Shown here: positions 9,518 through 20,306 of the stretch, in pieces
Layout: the number at the start of each line of letters is the position of its first letter
Numbering within the stretch: position 1 is the stretch's first letter
Assembly: GCA_965213545.1 (NCBI GenBank)
Contig: CBDBZL010000002.1
Location: forward strand, 268,855 to 332,854
DNA from: Alteraurantiacibacter sp.
GTDB taxonomy: Bacteria; Pseudomonadota; Alphaproteobacteria; Sphingomonadales; Sphingomonadaceae
Direction of reading: 5' to 3'
DNA: 64,000 bases
Position numbers and translations under genes: made by a program
Notes under the pieces: model-generated
What the model was told of the DNA's origin: nothing
The model's input: only the letters and a program-made list of their open reading frames with translations
The model's database searches: none

Positions 9518-10090
9518 TCAGCGTCGCAGCAGGTCGATCCGGTAATTTTCGTGGCAAGTCTCATCATGAACCGACCAGGATGCGGCATCGGCAAACAGGC
9601 GTGCCGCTTGTGCGCCGCCAACCGGCAGATCGTTCTCCCCGGTCCAGTTGACCAGCAGGCACGTGCTGCCACCGGCCAGCGTAGAATGAGCGCGCCGTGC
9701 GGTCGCGGCAATTTCCCCGGCGGAAAGGAAGTAGAGGACTTCGGAAAAGATGATGAGGTCGAACTCGCCCGGCGGCCAGTCACCGGGTATCTCGCGGCGC
9801 TCGAAGCGCACTTGGGGCAAGCCGCCAAGCCGGTCGCGCGCGCGCTCCAGTGCCGTCTCCGAGACATCGATCGCCAGCAGCATCTCGCAGCGCGGCGCAA
9901 GCATGGCCGTAAGAAGGCCCGTCGCGCAGCCTATCTCCAGACCGTGCCGGTATCGGGCGTCGGCCAGCGCGGCTAGGGTCTGCGAACGCTTGTCGCGCTC
10001 ATAAGCGCTGTGCTCCAGGTCCCACGGATCGGTTCCATCGGCGAACAACCGATCGAAGGTGGTCCGCCGCTCGCTCTTGCGCTCAGCCAC
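9518..10090 (-). CDS. NodS-like class I SAM-dependent methyltransferase
   Basis: GTG at 10090 overlaps the upstream stop (GTGGCTGA). DPWDLEHSAYERDK, SAM motif I GLEIGCATGLL, LLAIDVS, IIFSEVLYF. Confidence 0.7.
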   Translation of the reverse strand: MAERKSERRTTFDRLFADGTDPWDLEHSAYERDKRSQTLAALADARYRHGLEIGCATGLLTAMLAPRCEMLLAIDVSETALERARDRLGGLPQVRFERREIPGDWPPGEFDLIIFSEVLYFLSAGEIAATARRAHSTLAGGSTCLLVNWTGENDLPVGGAQAARLFADAASWSVHDETCHENYRIDLLRR

Positions 10091-10823
10091 GGATGAAGAG
10101 TTCCGGCCACAAGGCGAAATGCTCGGCCAGCGCGGCAGGCATGACGAAGGCATCGGGATCATCGGGGATCAGCCTGGTCATTTGCGAGCGGTGCGCCGCC
10201 ATGGCGCGGCGCTTCTTCATCACCAGGTCGGGATCGCCCGGTTCGAACCGGGTCAACTCGGGCACTGGGTGCGAAAGCGCGCCGAACCTGCCCCACACCG
10301 GAAACTCCCACAGCACGGCGCCAAGGCGGCGAGCCAGCCGCCCGGCGATGGCGGCAGCGGCTTGATGATCGCAGTGAGGATCGTGCCGCCAGGTGGTCCA
10401 TATGCTGCACACGCGAAGATCGCGCCCCCGTTGCTCGAGCGCGTCCAGCCGTTCGGGATCGAGCATATCCGCCGTGCTGCTGCCATCGGGAAGCGAAAGC
10501 CGTTCCATCAATACGGGCCGCTCGCCGACCAGCAGCGTCAGAGCCTCGGCCAGCTCAGCGCGGCGGATGGTAGCCAGGCGCTCCCGGCTGGTGGCGCGCG
10601 ATTTGGGATGCGAGCCTTCGCCATCGGTCAGCAGGACAAGCATCAGGTCGCGCCCCGCCCGTGCCGCGGCCGACAGCGCCATCCCGCAGCCGAGCGTCTC
10701 ATCGTCGGGGTGGGGGATAACCAGCATCAGTCCGCCCGGCGGGGAAAGCTCGTCCAGGCTGACCTCACGCGCCTGACGGGTCAGTGCCAAAAGCGCGCCC
10801 TCGGCAACCTGCGGGACGCTCAC
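10083..10823 (-). CDS. PIG-L / LmbE family N-acetylglucosaminyl deacetylase
   Basis: GTG at 10823 overlaps the upstream stop (GTGA). Signature LMLVIPHPDDETLGCG, then LTDGEGSHP and WRHDPHCDH. Confidence 0.8.
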   Translation of the reverse strand: MSVPQVAEGALLALTRQAREVSLDELSPPGGLMLVIPHPDDETLGCGMALSAAARAGRDLMLVLLTDGEGSHPKSRATSRERLATIRRAELAEALTLLVGERPVLMERLSLPDGSSTADMLDPERLDALEQRGRDLRVCSIWTTWRHDPHCDHQAAAAIAGRLARRLGAVLWEFPVWGRFGALSHPVPELTRFEPGDPDLVMKKRRAMAAHRSQMTRLIPDDPDAFVMPAALAEHFALWPELFIRG

Positions 10824-11911
10824 AGCGCCTCCGCCATACCGCCCGCCGCGATGAGCCCTGCCGCCGCCCGCGCGCGCTTGGCGTCGGGCGCCGCCTGGCA
10901 CACGAACAGCGCCAGATCGCGGCGTATCCGCTCGATCGCGGTTCCCTCGACATGCGCCGCCATGCCCAGCGCCCGCTCGCATTGGGCGATGACCGCAAGG
11001 CAGGAGCGTTCGGTAACCTCGCGCGCCAGCAAGGCCAGTGCCGCCTTTTGCGGGTCAGCGTCCTTCGCTTCGACCGCATAGGCCGCTCGCAGGATCCACA
11101 GCCGCGCAGTCTCGATCGCGATCGCAGCACGCACAATGCGGTCGCGCTGATGCGGGTCATCCTGCCTCCCGGATGCCACCAGCGCCTCGATCATCGCGGT
11201 ATGAAGCGCTTCCGCCGCGCCCAGATGCGCCGCGCAATAACGCCACACCCCGCCCTCGAAATGCGGTTCGCGCGTGTAGTCCCCCGCCTGACCGAGACGC
11301 GCGTCATCGCCAAGTTTCAGACCGCCGAAATCATATTCGCCCGACCGCGTCGCCCGCATCCCCGCCATTCGCCAGGGCTGAGCATCGGCGCGTGCGGGAT
11401 CGTCGGCCGGCACCACCAGCATCTGCACCCCCTCGCCCATCCTCGCGATCACCACCGCCGCGCCGATAACCCCCAGACCCGAGGCGAACCGCTTGCCGCC
11501 CACCAGCACCAGCTGGTCCCCGGTAACCTCCAGCGCCAATGGTCGCGCGGGCGTATCGGCACCCCACACCCCCAGCATGACCCCGTCTCGAACGTCGGCG
11601 AAGACCCGATCGCGCAGGGCCGGGGCGGCATAGAGGTCCACCAGCTTGGCCGCGTTCATATGGCCTTCGAACAGCCGTGCGACCGACAGATTGGCCCGCC
11701 CCATGTTTCTAAGCGCCAGGAAGGCAGCTTCGGTCGCACCAGGCTCGCAGCCCCACCCGCTGCCCCCGGCAATGGTCGGCAGGCACGCGCGCAACCAGCC
11801 TGCCTCGCGAAGCGATGCGACATCGGCAAGCAGACAGCCATCGGTCCGATCGGCCAGATCCGCCCGTCCGGTGATGTCGGCAATGAGCGTGTTCGCGCTG
11901 GGATCAGGCAT
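10820..11911 (-). CDS. Acyl-CoA dehydrogenase family protein
   Basis: 363 aa. ACAD-like middle and C-terminal regions (VLVGGKRFASGLG, MRATRSGEYDF, AAHLGAAEAL). ATG overlaps the upstream stop (ATGCCTGA at 11911-11904). Confidence 0.7.
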   Translation of the reverse strand: MPDPSANTLIADITGRADLADRTDGCLLADVASLREAGWLRACLPTIAGGSGWGCEPGATEAAFLALRNMGRANLSVARLFEGHMNAAKLVDLYAAPALRDRVFADVRDGVMLGVWGADTPARPLALEVTGDQLVLVGGKRFASGLGVIGAAVVIARMGEGVQMLVVPADDPARADAQPWRMAGMRATRSGEYDFGGLKLGDDARLGQAGDYTREPHFEGGVWRYCAAHLGAAEALHTAMIEALVASGRQDDPHQRDRIVRAAIAIETARLWILRAAYAVEAKDADPQKAALALLAREVTERSCLAVIAQCERALGMAAHVEGTAIERIRRDLALFVCQAAPDAKRARAAAGLIAAGGMAEAL

Positions 11912-13124
11912 CGAGCAGAAGGTCCGCCCCGTCGCCTGTCGCGTTCGCCTCGACCAACAGCGCCTCGGCCTTCGCCAGTTCGCTGGCGACCTGGTCCTGG
12001 CGCATGCGCGGTCCGGTCAGCGAGGGATCACGCCCCAGCGCCTGCGCGAAGCGGGCCGCACGGTCCGGTTCCGGCGCAAGGCCATTCCAAAGCTCTGCCC
12101 GGCGATGCAGCAGCGCTATCGGCACCAGGTCATCGTCGCACAAAGGGTTGGCGCTGGTCGCGCGTTCGCTCAGCGCATCGCTCACCCCGCCCGGCGTTCG
12201 CCCCTCCGTCCGGCCCGATGTGACCACCAGCGCATCATCGCGGCAGACGATGGTCATCCCCGCCTCGCCCGCCAGTCGCGCCAAGGCCTTGTCCTCGCCC
12301 GACTTGGGCGTAGGCAGCCCACCCAGCGCACGGTAGCAGCGGGTGCTGATCGCCAGGCTCGCGGCCAGCGCGGGGATAGCAGCGGGAAGCCCGTCATGTC
12401 CGGTCCACAAATGCCACAGGCTGGCGCTGCACGCCTTGTAGGCCCGCTCCAGCGCGCCGCACTCGTGGACGCTGGCGGGCAGCCGGGACAGGTCCGCCTC
12501 GTCGATGGTCACCGCACCGCAGACCAGGTCGGCTCCCTCCCTGAGCGCCGCTAGTTTGACCGCCAGCCAGGCGGGATCGACACGGCTGTCGGCATCGGTG
12601 GTGAGCAGATTGCCGCCCGGTGCCAGCATCGCCGCCAGATCGAGCGCCAGACGGCGAGCGAAGGGAGCAAAGCGCATCTCATCGGCGAAAAGCGTGTCCG
12701 CCACCAGCACATGGCGTCTGGCGTTACGAGCCCAGTCGAGGATCAGCGCGGACGAGGCATCATGGGAGTCGTTGACCACGAAAACCACCGCGCCGATGAC
12801 CTCAACGCGCTTCATCGCCGCATCGAGCGCCGCCAGACTGGCAGGCAGCAGCGCCTCTTCGTTGCGGACGGGCACCGCGATGGCGAACGACACCGGCGCC
12901 TTAACGGTCGAACGCACCTGATCGATGCGAGCGCGGCCAGTGAATGGCGGGGCAGCGAGCAGGCTCTTGATCACATCCTGATCGAGCGGTTCGGGTTCTG
13001 CTTGCTGACGAAAAGTGCGACCGGTCTCACCCACGTCCGGTGCGACAAAGGCGTCCTTCGGCAATCGGCCGACAGAAGATGCCCCGCCAAGCGGAATGAA
13101 CATCATCGGCGGTTCCCTTGCCAC
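11904..13124 (-). CDS. Family 2 glycosyltransferase
   Basis: [39 protein letters not shown] (DxD). Start could also be the ATG pair near 13106/13103. Confidence 0.75.
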   Translation of the reverse strand: MAREPPMMFIPLGGASSVGRLPKDAFVAPDVGETGRTFRQQAEPEPLDQDVIKSLLAAPPFTGRARIDQVRSTVKAPVSFAIAVPVRNEEALLPASLAALDAAMKRVEVIGAVVFVVNDSHDASSALILDWARNARRHVLVADTLFADEMRFAPFARRLALDLAAMLAPGGNLLTTDADSRVDPAWLAVKLAALREGADLVCGAVTIDEADLSRLPASVHECGALERAYKACSASLWHLWTGHDGLPAAIPALAASLAISTRCYRALGGLPTPKSGEDKALARLAGEAGMTIVCRDDALVVTSGRTEGRTPGGVSDALSERATSANPLCDDDLVPIALLHRRAELWNGLAPEPDRAARFAQALGRDPSLTGPRMRQDQVASELAKAEALLVEANATGDGADLLLDA

Positions 13125-13479
13125 CGACCATGGCGAGCAAAGACATCTGATGCCTCATCACGACAAGTTACCCGCGCGTTCGCGCCCGGCCACAGAAAGG
13201 ACCGTTCGTCCGGTAGGGGGCGGTGCGAACGATATGGGCAAGCCGAGGTGGCTGCGACAGCCAAAAGACACCTCCCAAGTGTGGTTTGTGAAGGACGGTT
13301 CCCGCGCAAAGACAAGCGATGAAATGCTCTCGCGTTCCAGCAAGCCCCCTGACAGCGCTTGGCCGTTGCCACCCTCTCACGGCCACCTTGCTTGCGTCCA
13401 CCATGCGTGCTGCCTAAGGAGCCAGCCGTCATTTCCACCACGCGCATTCAACATCAGCACGCATCAGGGGCGCCGCAGC

Positions 13480-14709
13480 ATGGGCAAGATTAAGGTCGCA
13501 AATCCCGTCGTCGAGATCGACGGCGACGAGATGACGCGGATCATCTGGCAGTGGATCCGCGAGCGTCTGATCCTCCCCTATCTCGATATCGACCTCAAAT
13601 ATTACGACTTGGGGATAGAGAAGCGCGACGAGACGCGTGACAAGATCACCGTCGAGTCTGCCGAGGCGATCAGGCAATACGGCGTCGGCGTCAAATGCGC
13701 GACCATCACGCCGGACGAAGCGCGGGTCGAGGAATTCGGGCTGGCCGAGATGTACCGCTCGCCCAACGGCACGATCCGCAACATCCTGGGCGGCACCATT
13801 TTCCGCGAGCCCATCGTCATCGAGAACGTGCCGCGGCTGATCCCCGGCTGGACCGACCCCATCGTGGTCGGCCGCCATGCCTTCGGCGATCAGTACCGGG
13901 CGACTGACATGCTCGTGCCCGGCCCCGGCAAGCTGCGCCTCGTGTTCGAGGGCGACGACGGCAAGGTTATCGACCGCGAGGTCTACGAGTTCAAGGAACC
14001 GGGCGTCGCAATGGCGATGTACAATTTGGACGAATCGATCCGCGATTTCGCCCGCGCCAGCCTGAATTACGGGCTCGATCGCGGCTGGCCGGTTTACCTG
14101 TCGACCAAGAACACCATCCTCAAGAAGTATGACGGGCGCTTCAAGGACCTGTTCCAGGAGGTGTTCGATACCGAAGGCTTCGCGCAGAAGTTCGACGAGG
14201 CGGGGATTGAATACCAGCACCGGCTGATCGACGACATGGTGGCCTCGGCGCTCAAGTGGAACGGCAAGTTCATCTGGGCCTGTAAGAACTATGACGGCGA
14301 CGTCCAGTCCGACCAGGTGGCGCAGGGCTTCGGCTCGCTGGGCCTGATGACCTCGGTGCTGATGACCCCCGACGGCAAGACCGTGGAGGCCGAGGCCGCG
14401 CACGGCACCGTCACCCGCCATTTCCGCCAGCACCAGGAGGGCAAGGCAACCTCGACCAACCCCATCGCCTCGATCTTCGCCTGGACCCGCGGCCTCATGT
14501 ATCGCGGCCGCTTCGATGGCACGCCGCAAGTGGTCAAGTTCGCCGAATCACTGGAGCGCGTCTGCGTCAGCCGGGTCGAGAGCGGACAGATGACCAAGGA
14601 CCTCGCGCTGCTCATCGGCCCGGGCCAGAACTGGCTGACCACCGAGCAATTCTTCGAGACCATCGTCGAGGGGCTGGAGGCGGAGATGGAGACGAAGGGG
14701 TTGGGGTGA
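13480..14709 (+). CDS. icd: NADP-dependent isocitrate dehydrogenase (homodimeric type)
   Basis: [26 protein letters not shown]..., [20 protein letters not shown]; about 409 aa. Confidence 0.95.
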   Translation: MGKIKVANPVVEIDGDEMTRIIWQWIRERLILPYLDIDLKYYDLGIEKRDETRDKITVESAEAIRQYGVGVKCATITPDEARVEEFGLAEMYRSPNGTIRNILGGTIFREPIVIENVPRLIPGWTDPIVVGRHAFGDQYRATDMLVPGPGKLRLVFEGDDGKVIDREVYEFKEPGVAMAMYNLDESIRDFARASLNYGLDRGWPVYLSTKNTILKKYDGRFKDLFQEVFDTEGFAQKFDEAGIEYQHRLIDDMVASALKWNGKFIWACKNYDGDVQSDQVAQGFGSLGLMTSVLMTPDGKTVEAEAAHGTVTRHFRQHQEGKATSTNPIASIFAWTRGLMYRGRFDGTPQVVKFAESLERVCVSRVESGQMTKDLALLIGPGQNWLTTEQFFETIVEGLEAEMETKGLG

Positions 14710-14712
14710 CGG

Positions 14713-15648
14713 CTAAACGGCCAGACCTGCCTCTTCAAAGTAGGCCTCATCCACCTCGCGAATGTGCAGCACGGCCCTATCGCGACAGCCGACGTTGAAC
14801 TTAATCATCAACCGGACAAGCTGCTGACCGTCAATCAACACGATGCGCTGACCAAGGTCCTTTGCGGTCTGCCGCGCTGATGGCGTAAAATCCGACGTAG
14901 TGACAAAAATACCTTTGTGAGCTTTTTTTAAGTTCAGCGCGCCATAAAAGTCTCGGATATGTGAGGGCGCTATGTTGTTTCCCGTCCTGTAGCGTTTGGC
15001 TTGCAGATAGATTTGGTCAACACCGAGCGAGTCTTGATCGATGACGCCGTCAACGCCGTCGTCGCCTGCTTGACCAAGGGCACGACCGGGATTTTCAGAC
15101 GATCCGCCATAGCCCATCGATATCAGCAGATCGACGATCAGGTGCTCGAAGAATGTCGGCGATGCGGCTTGAATATAGTCGAGCAGCGTAGCCGCAAGCG
15201 CATCATCCAATCGGCGGTGTGCTTGCTCAAGATTTTCATCCGGAGTTGTTGCAACCTCGCCTGTATCAATATCGTCCTCGGCTGACGACAACTGCTCAGT
15301 CTTATCTTTGGTCCGCGAACGGAAATCTTGAAACTCAGGGTATATTTCAAGGTGCTTTATGTTTATCTTGATATTCGGATCGGCGAGCACGCCGCGACCG
15401 CGATCGGTCAATTCGTACCATCCCCGTTTCCCGTAAATGATCAGCGCCGCTTGCTTGAGGTAAGTACGCGCCCAGTGCGCGCGGTTGAAAATGCGGGTTT
15501 GACCACTTGCGAGGGGCTCGTTCCGCTCTTCCTGAGTGAGGTTGAATTGGTCCGCGAGCTCTTCGACCACTTCCGACATCTTGCGGGGTTTGTCGGCGGC
15601 GGCTGCCAGCACTGGACGCATAAGAGCCTGAAAATCCGGAACCGCCAT
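14713..15648 (-). CDS. mrr: Mrr-type (type IV, modification-dependent) restriction endonuclease
   Basis: ATG at 15648. Mrr_N winged helix (MAVPDFQALMRPVL...), catalytic core GDDGVDGVIDQD...IYLQAKRY, GIFVTTSDFT. GC is about 40% on the two 60-nt lines I counted, against about 65% in flanks. Confidence 0.9.
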   Translation of the reverse strand: MAVPDFQALMRPVLAAAADKPRKMSEVVEELADQFNLTQEERNEPLASGQTRIFNRAHWARTYLKQAALIIYGKRGWYELTDRGRGVLADPNIKINIKHLEIYPEFQDFRSRTKDKTEQLSSAEDDIDTGEVATTPDENLEQAHRRLDDALAATLLDYIQAASPTFFEHLIVDLLISMGYGGSSENPGRALGQAGDDGVDGVIDQDSLGVDQIYLQAKRYRTGNNIAPSHIRDFYGALNLKKAHKGIFVTTSDFTPSARQTAKDLGQRIVLIDGQQLVRLMIKFNVGCRDRAVLHIREVDEAYFEEAGLAV

Positions 15649-15756
15649 GAAAACCCCTCGCCGACCATCAGTTCGGAAATGCCTATGGGGCTGACTTGTC
15701 TTAAAGTGAAGCATCCACCGATTTGCGCTGATTTCGGAAGCCGCTAAGGCCCCCCC

Positions 15757-17355
<1,599 letters not shown>

Positions 17356-17381
17356 GCCGGACGGGTCTGGGGCGTCGGTCG

Positions 17382-18017
17382 CTACCCGACCGGCTCCATC
17401 CCCTGCCGCTCGAGCGCCATCCTGACGCCTTCGTCCCGTTCCATCCGCTTGCGATGCTCGATCAGCGAAGGGTAATCGCTCGCCGATAAGGGCGTCTGGT
17501 CGAGCCAGCGGGTCAGCACATAGAGAAAGGCGTCGGCGAAGCTGCGCTGGCCGAGATACCACTCGCCGCCGTTCTCCTTGAGGTTCGCTTCCATCCGCTC
17601 GTAGTGACCGGCGAGCGTCTCGTAGGCCTTGCGCTTGACCTCCTCCTGCGCGCTTTCGCTGTCGGCGAAGCGGGCGGCGGCGAAGTGGGGGCCGTAGGCG
17701 GCGTGGACCTCGCTCGTCATGTAGGCCAGCGCCTCGCCCTCCTTGCGGCCGAGCCGCTCGTCGCGCGAATATTCCTCGGTGCCCTCACCGCCATATTCGG
17801 TGCCAAGCCAGGTCAGGATCGCGGCGAGCTCGGTCAGCACATCGCCGTCATCGAAGCGGATCGCGGGCACCTTGCCCTTGGGATTGATCGAAAGATACGC
17901 ATCCTTCTTGTGCGCGCCATATTCCATGTTCTCGATCTCGATCGGTGCATCGAGCCAGGCAACCGCGATATTCGCCGCCAGCGAGCAGGTTCCGGGCATG
18001 GTGTAGAGGGTGGTCAT
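17382..18017 (-). CDS. Glutathione S-transferase
   Basis: ATG at 18017 with AGGAGA upstream. MTTLYTMPGTCSLAANIAVAW, INPKGKVPAIRFDDG; 211 aa. Confidence 0.85.
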   Translation of the reverse strand: MTTLYTMPGTCSLAANIAVAWLDAPIEIENMEYGAHKKDAYLSINPKGKVPAIRFDDGDVLTELAAILTWLGTEYGGEGTEEYSRDERLGRKEGEALAYMTSEVHAAYGPHFAAARFADSESAQEEVKRKAYETLAGHYERMEANLKENGGEWYLGQRSFADAFLYVLTRWLDQTPLSASDYPSLIEHRKRMERDEGVRMALERQGMEPVG

Positions 18018-18156
18018 TGTCGGTCTCCTTTCCCTCAGGAATGCACGGGCCGTATGCGATGATCCCATGTCGCGCGCCCCGGACAAAGCAGGCGCGCGTC
18101 CCATGGGTCTGAAAGCACGGTTGCCCCGCCCGCCCCCCTGACCTAAGCCCTGCCCA

Positions 18157-19926
18157 ATGCACGGCGGCCATATCTCCCCCGTAATGTCCGACGCGCTCGT
18201 CATTCTGGGGGCGGCGGGGATCATCATCCCGGTATTCGCCCGGTTCCGTATTACACCGATCATCGGCTTCATCCTGGTCGGCCTCTTGGTGGGGCCGTAT
18301 GGTCTGGGGCGGATGGTTTACGAGTTCGCGTGGCTCAGCCATTTCACCATCACCGATCCCGAGCGGCTCGAACCTTTCGCCGAATTCGGCATCATCCTGC
18401 TGCTATTCGCGGTCGGGCTGGGATTGTCCTTCAAGCGGCTGTGGACCTTGCGCAAGCTGGTGTTTGGCCTGGGTGCGCTTGAGCTTCTGATCATCGGCTC
18501 GCTGTTGGCCGCGGTGCTCTCGATGATGGGCCAGTACTGGACCGGGGCGCTGGCCATCGGCCTGGCGCTGGCGCTGTCCTCCACCGCGCTGGTCCTGCCA
18601 ATCTCGGGCACCACCACCCCGGTCGGGCGCGCGGCGCTCTCGATGCTTTTGTTCGAGGATATCATGATCGTGCCGATCATCTTCATGCTCGGCGCGCTTG
18701 CCCCTTATGCCGCGGAAGGAGGGCTGACCGGTCTGTTCGATACGGTTTGGCAGGGCGTCCTGGTGGTGGGTGCGATGATGATCATCGGCCGCTATGCGCT
18801 TCCGCGCCTGTTCGCGCAGGCCGCACGCACCAAGAGCCCCGAGCTGTTCCTGGCCGCCAGCTTGCTGGTGGTGATCGGTGCCAGCCTGGCGACCGCGCTG
18901 GTCGGTCTGTCGCCGATCGTGGGCGCGCTGGTGGCCGGGCTGCTGATCGCCGAGACCGAGTATCATACCGAAATCGAAGGCATCATGGAGCCGTTCAAGG
19001 GGCTGGCGCTGGGCGTCTTTCTCATCACCGTGGGCATGAGCATCGATGTGATGACGATCTGGGAGAACCTCGCCATCATCACAGCTGCGGTCGTCGGCGT
19101 GCTGGCGCTCAAGGCGCTGGTGACGGGGATCCTTCTGCGCGCGATGGGGGCGCGGCGCAGCACCGCGCTGGAAACCGGCATCCTGATGGCCAGCCCGTCG
19201 GAAATGACGCTGATCGTGCTGGCAGCGGCCACGCAGGCGCTGCTCATCCAGCCGGGCACCGCCCAGTTCTGGCAGATCGTCACCGCGATCGGCCTGACCA
19301 TCACGCCGCTGCTCGCCTTGGTCGGGCGGTGGAGTGCGCGCCGGGTGGATGCCGCACCCGATCTGGGGCGGGCTCCGGGTGATCCCGACCGCCCGCGGGT
19401 CATCATCCTGGGCTTCGGACGCGTCGGCAGGTTGGTCGCCGAGATGCTCGACCGCCACGGCCAACCCTACACCGCGGTCGATGCCGATCCCGATCTGGTT
19501 GCCGCCGGACGGCTCGAAGGCTTCGATGTCACATTCGGCAATGCCACCAAGGAAGACGTGCTGACCAAGCTGGGTGTCGCGCGCGCTCCGGCGATCATCC
19601 TGACCATGGACGAGCATATCCTTGCGCAGCGGCTGGTGCGCAGATTGCGCGACGAGCATCCCGATCTCCCCATCATCGTGCGTGCGCGCGACGCGGACCA
19701 TGCCGCCGATCTCTATCGCAGCGGAGCCAGCACCGCGGTTCCCGAGACGCTCGAAAGCTCGCTCCAGCTCTCCGAAGCCGTGCTGTTCGATCTGGGCGTG
19801 GCGGCCGGTCCGGTAATCGCCTCGATCCATGCCAAGCGTGATGAATTGCGCGAGTCGATCAAGGAAGGAGGCGATCTCGAGCACAAACCGGCGCTGCGCA
19901 CTTCGACCGCGGTCTCGGTTCCGTGA
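18157..19926 (+). CDS. CPA2-family monovalent cation:proton antiporter (KefB/KefC-like) with C-terminal TrkA-N domain
   Basis: Multi-TM N-terminal region (GFILVGLLVGPYGLG). C-terminal Rossmann VIILGFGRVGRLVAEML. Confidence 0.85.
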   Translation: MHGGHISPVMSDALVILGAAGIIIPVFARFRITPIIGFILVGLLVGPYGLGRMVYEFAWLSHFTITDPERLEPFAEFGIILLLFAVGLGLSFKRLWTLRKLVFGLGALELLIIGSLLAAVLSMMGQYWTGALAIGLALALSSTALVLPISGTTTPVGRAALSMLLFEDIMIVPIIFMLGALAPYAAEGGLTGLFDTVWQGVLVVGAMMIIGRYALPRLFAQAARTKSPELFLAASLLVVIGASLATALVGLSPIVGALVAGLLIAETEYHTEIEGIMEPFKGLALGVFLITVGMSIDVMTIWENLAIITAAVVGVLALKALVTGILLRAMGARRSTALETGILMASPSEMTLIVLAAATQALLIQPGTAQFWQIVTAIGLTITPLLALVGRWSARRVDAAPDLGRAPGDPDRPRVIILGFGRVGRLVAEMLDRHGQPYTAVDADPDLVAAGRLEGFDVTFGNATKEDVLTKLGVARAPAIILTMDEHILAQRLVRRLRDEHPDLPIIVRARDADHAADLYRSGASTAVPETLESSLQLSEAVLFDLGVAAGPVIASIHAKRDELRESIKEGGDLEHKPALRTSTAVSVP

Positions 19927-19969
19927 ACCTGCGCCCGCCTGGCGCGTTGATGGTCTAAGGAGAACAGCA

Positions 19970-20137
19970 ATGAGCAAGAATGACGATCCTACAAAGCCAC
20001 TATCGAATGATGAGAAGTTCAAGCCCAAGAACGTTGCGGACGGAACCAAGGACAAGGGCCGTGTCGAGCAGAACATGAAGGACGTCGCGCGTGGCAGCGA
20101 GGGCGACAGGCGCCGCTCGGCGCAAAACCGCACATAG
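19970..20137 (+). CDS. Small (55 aa) highly hydrophilic Lys/Asp-rich protein, function unknown
   Basis: ATG at 19970, 6 nt after AAGGAGA. MSKNDDPTKPLSNDEKFKPKNVADGTKDKGRVEQNMKDVARGSEGDRRRSAQNRT. No family recognised. Confidence 0.4.
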   Translation: MSKNDDPTKPLSNDEKFKPKNVADGTKDKGRVEQNMKDVARGSEGDRRRSAQNRT

Positions 20138-20186
20138 GCGAACCCGCCGGACGTTCTGCTTGCCTCGCGCGATGTGGACGCCCCCC

Positions 20187-20201
20187 GTTCCACACTTGTT
20201 C
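20187..20201 (+). promoter_or_regulatory. Alphaproteobacterial LexA (SOS) box GTTC-N7-GTTC upstream of recA
   Basis: GTTCcacacttGTTC, 106 nt upstream of the recA start; matches the direct-repeat LexA operator described for Rhizobium and Rhodobacter. Confidence 0.7.
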
Positions 20202-20306
20202 TGTTGAGCAGGAGACGTTAAGGCCGTTCGGCAGAACCGGTTAGCCCTGTTCAAGCACTAGGGTGCGTGTCATGGCGGGACGATTGACGGCGGGGGAGAG
20301 TGACGA

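Noticed and set aside
8794-9900. Long (368-aa) form of the SRPBCC ORF
   Set aside because: The N-terminal 144 codons overlap the methyltransferase gene out of frame and look like noise. ATG 9465 has a strong AAGGAGA RBS and starts right at the TM helix.
18403-20193. 596-aa minus-strand ORF
   Set aside because: Antisense shadow of the CPA2 antiporter gene; Arg/Gly/Asp-rich low-complexity translation.
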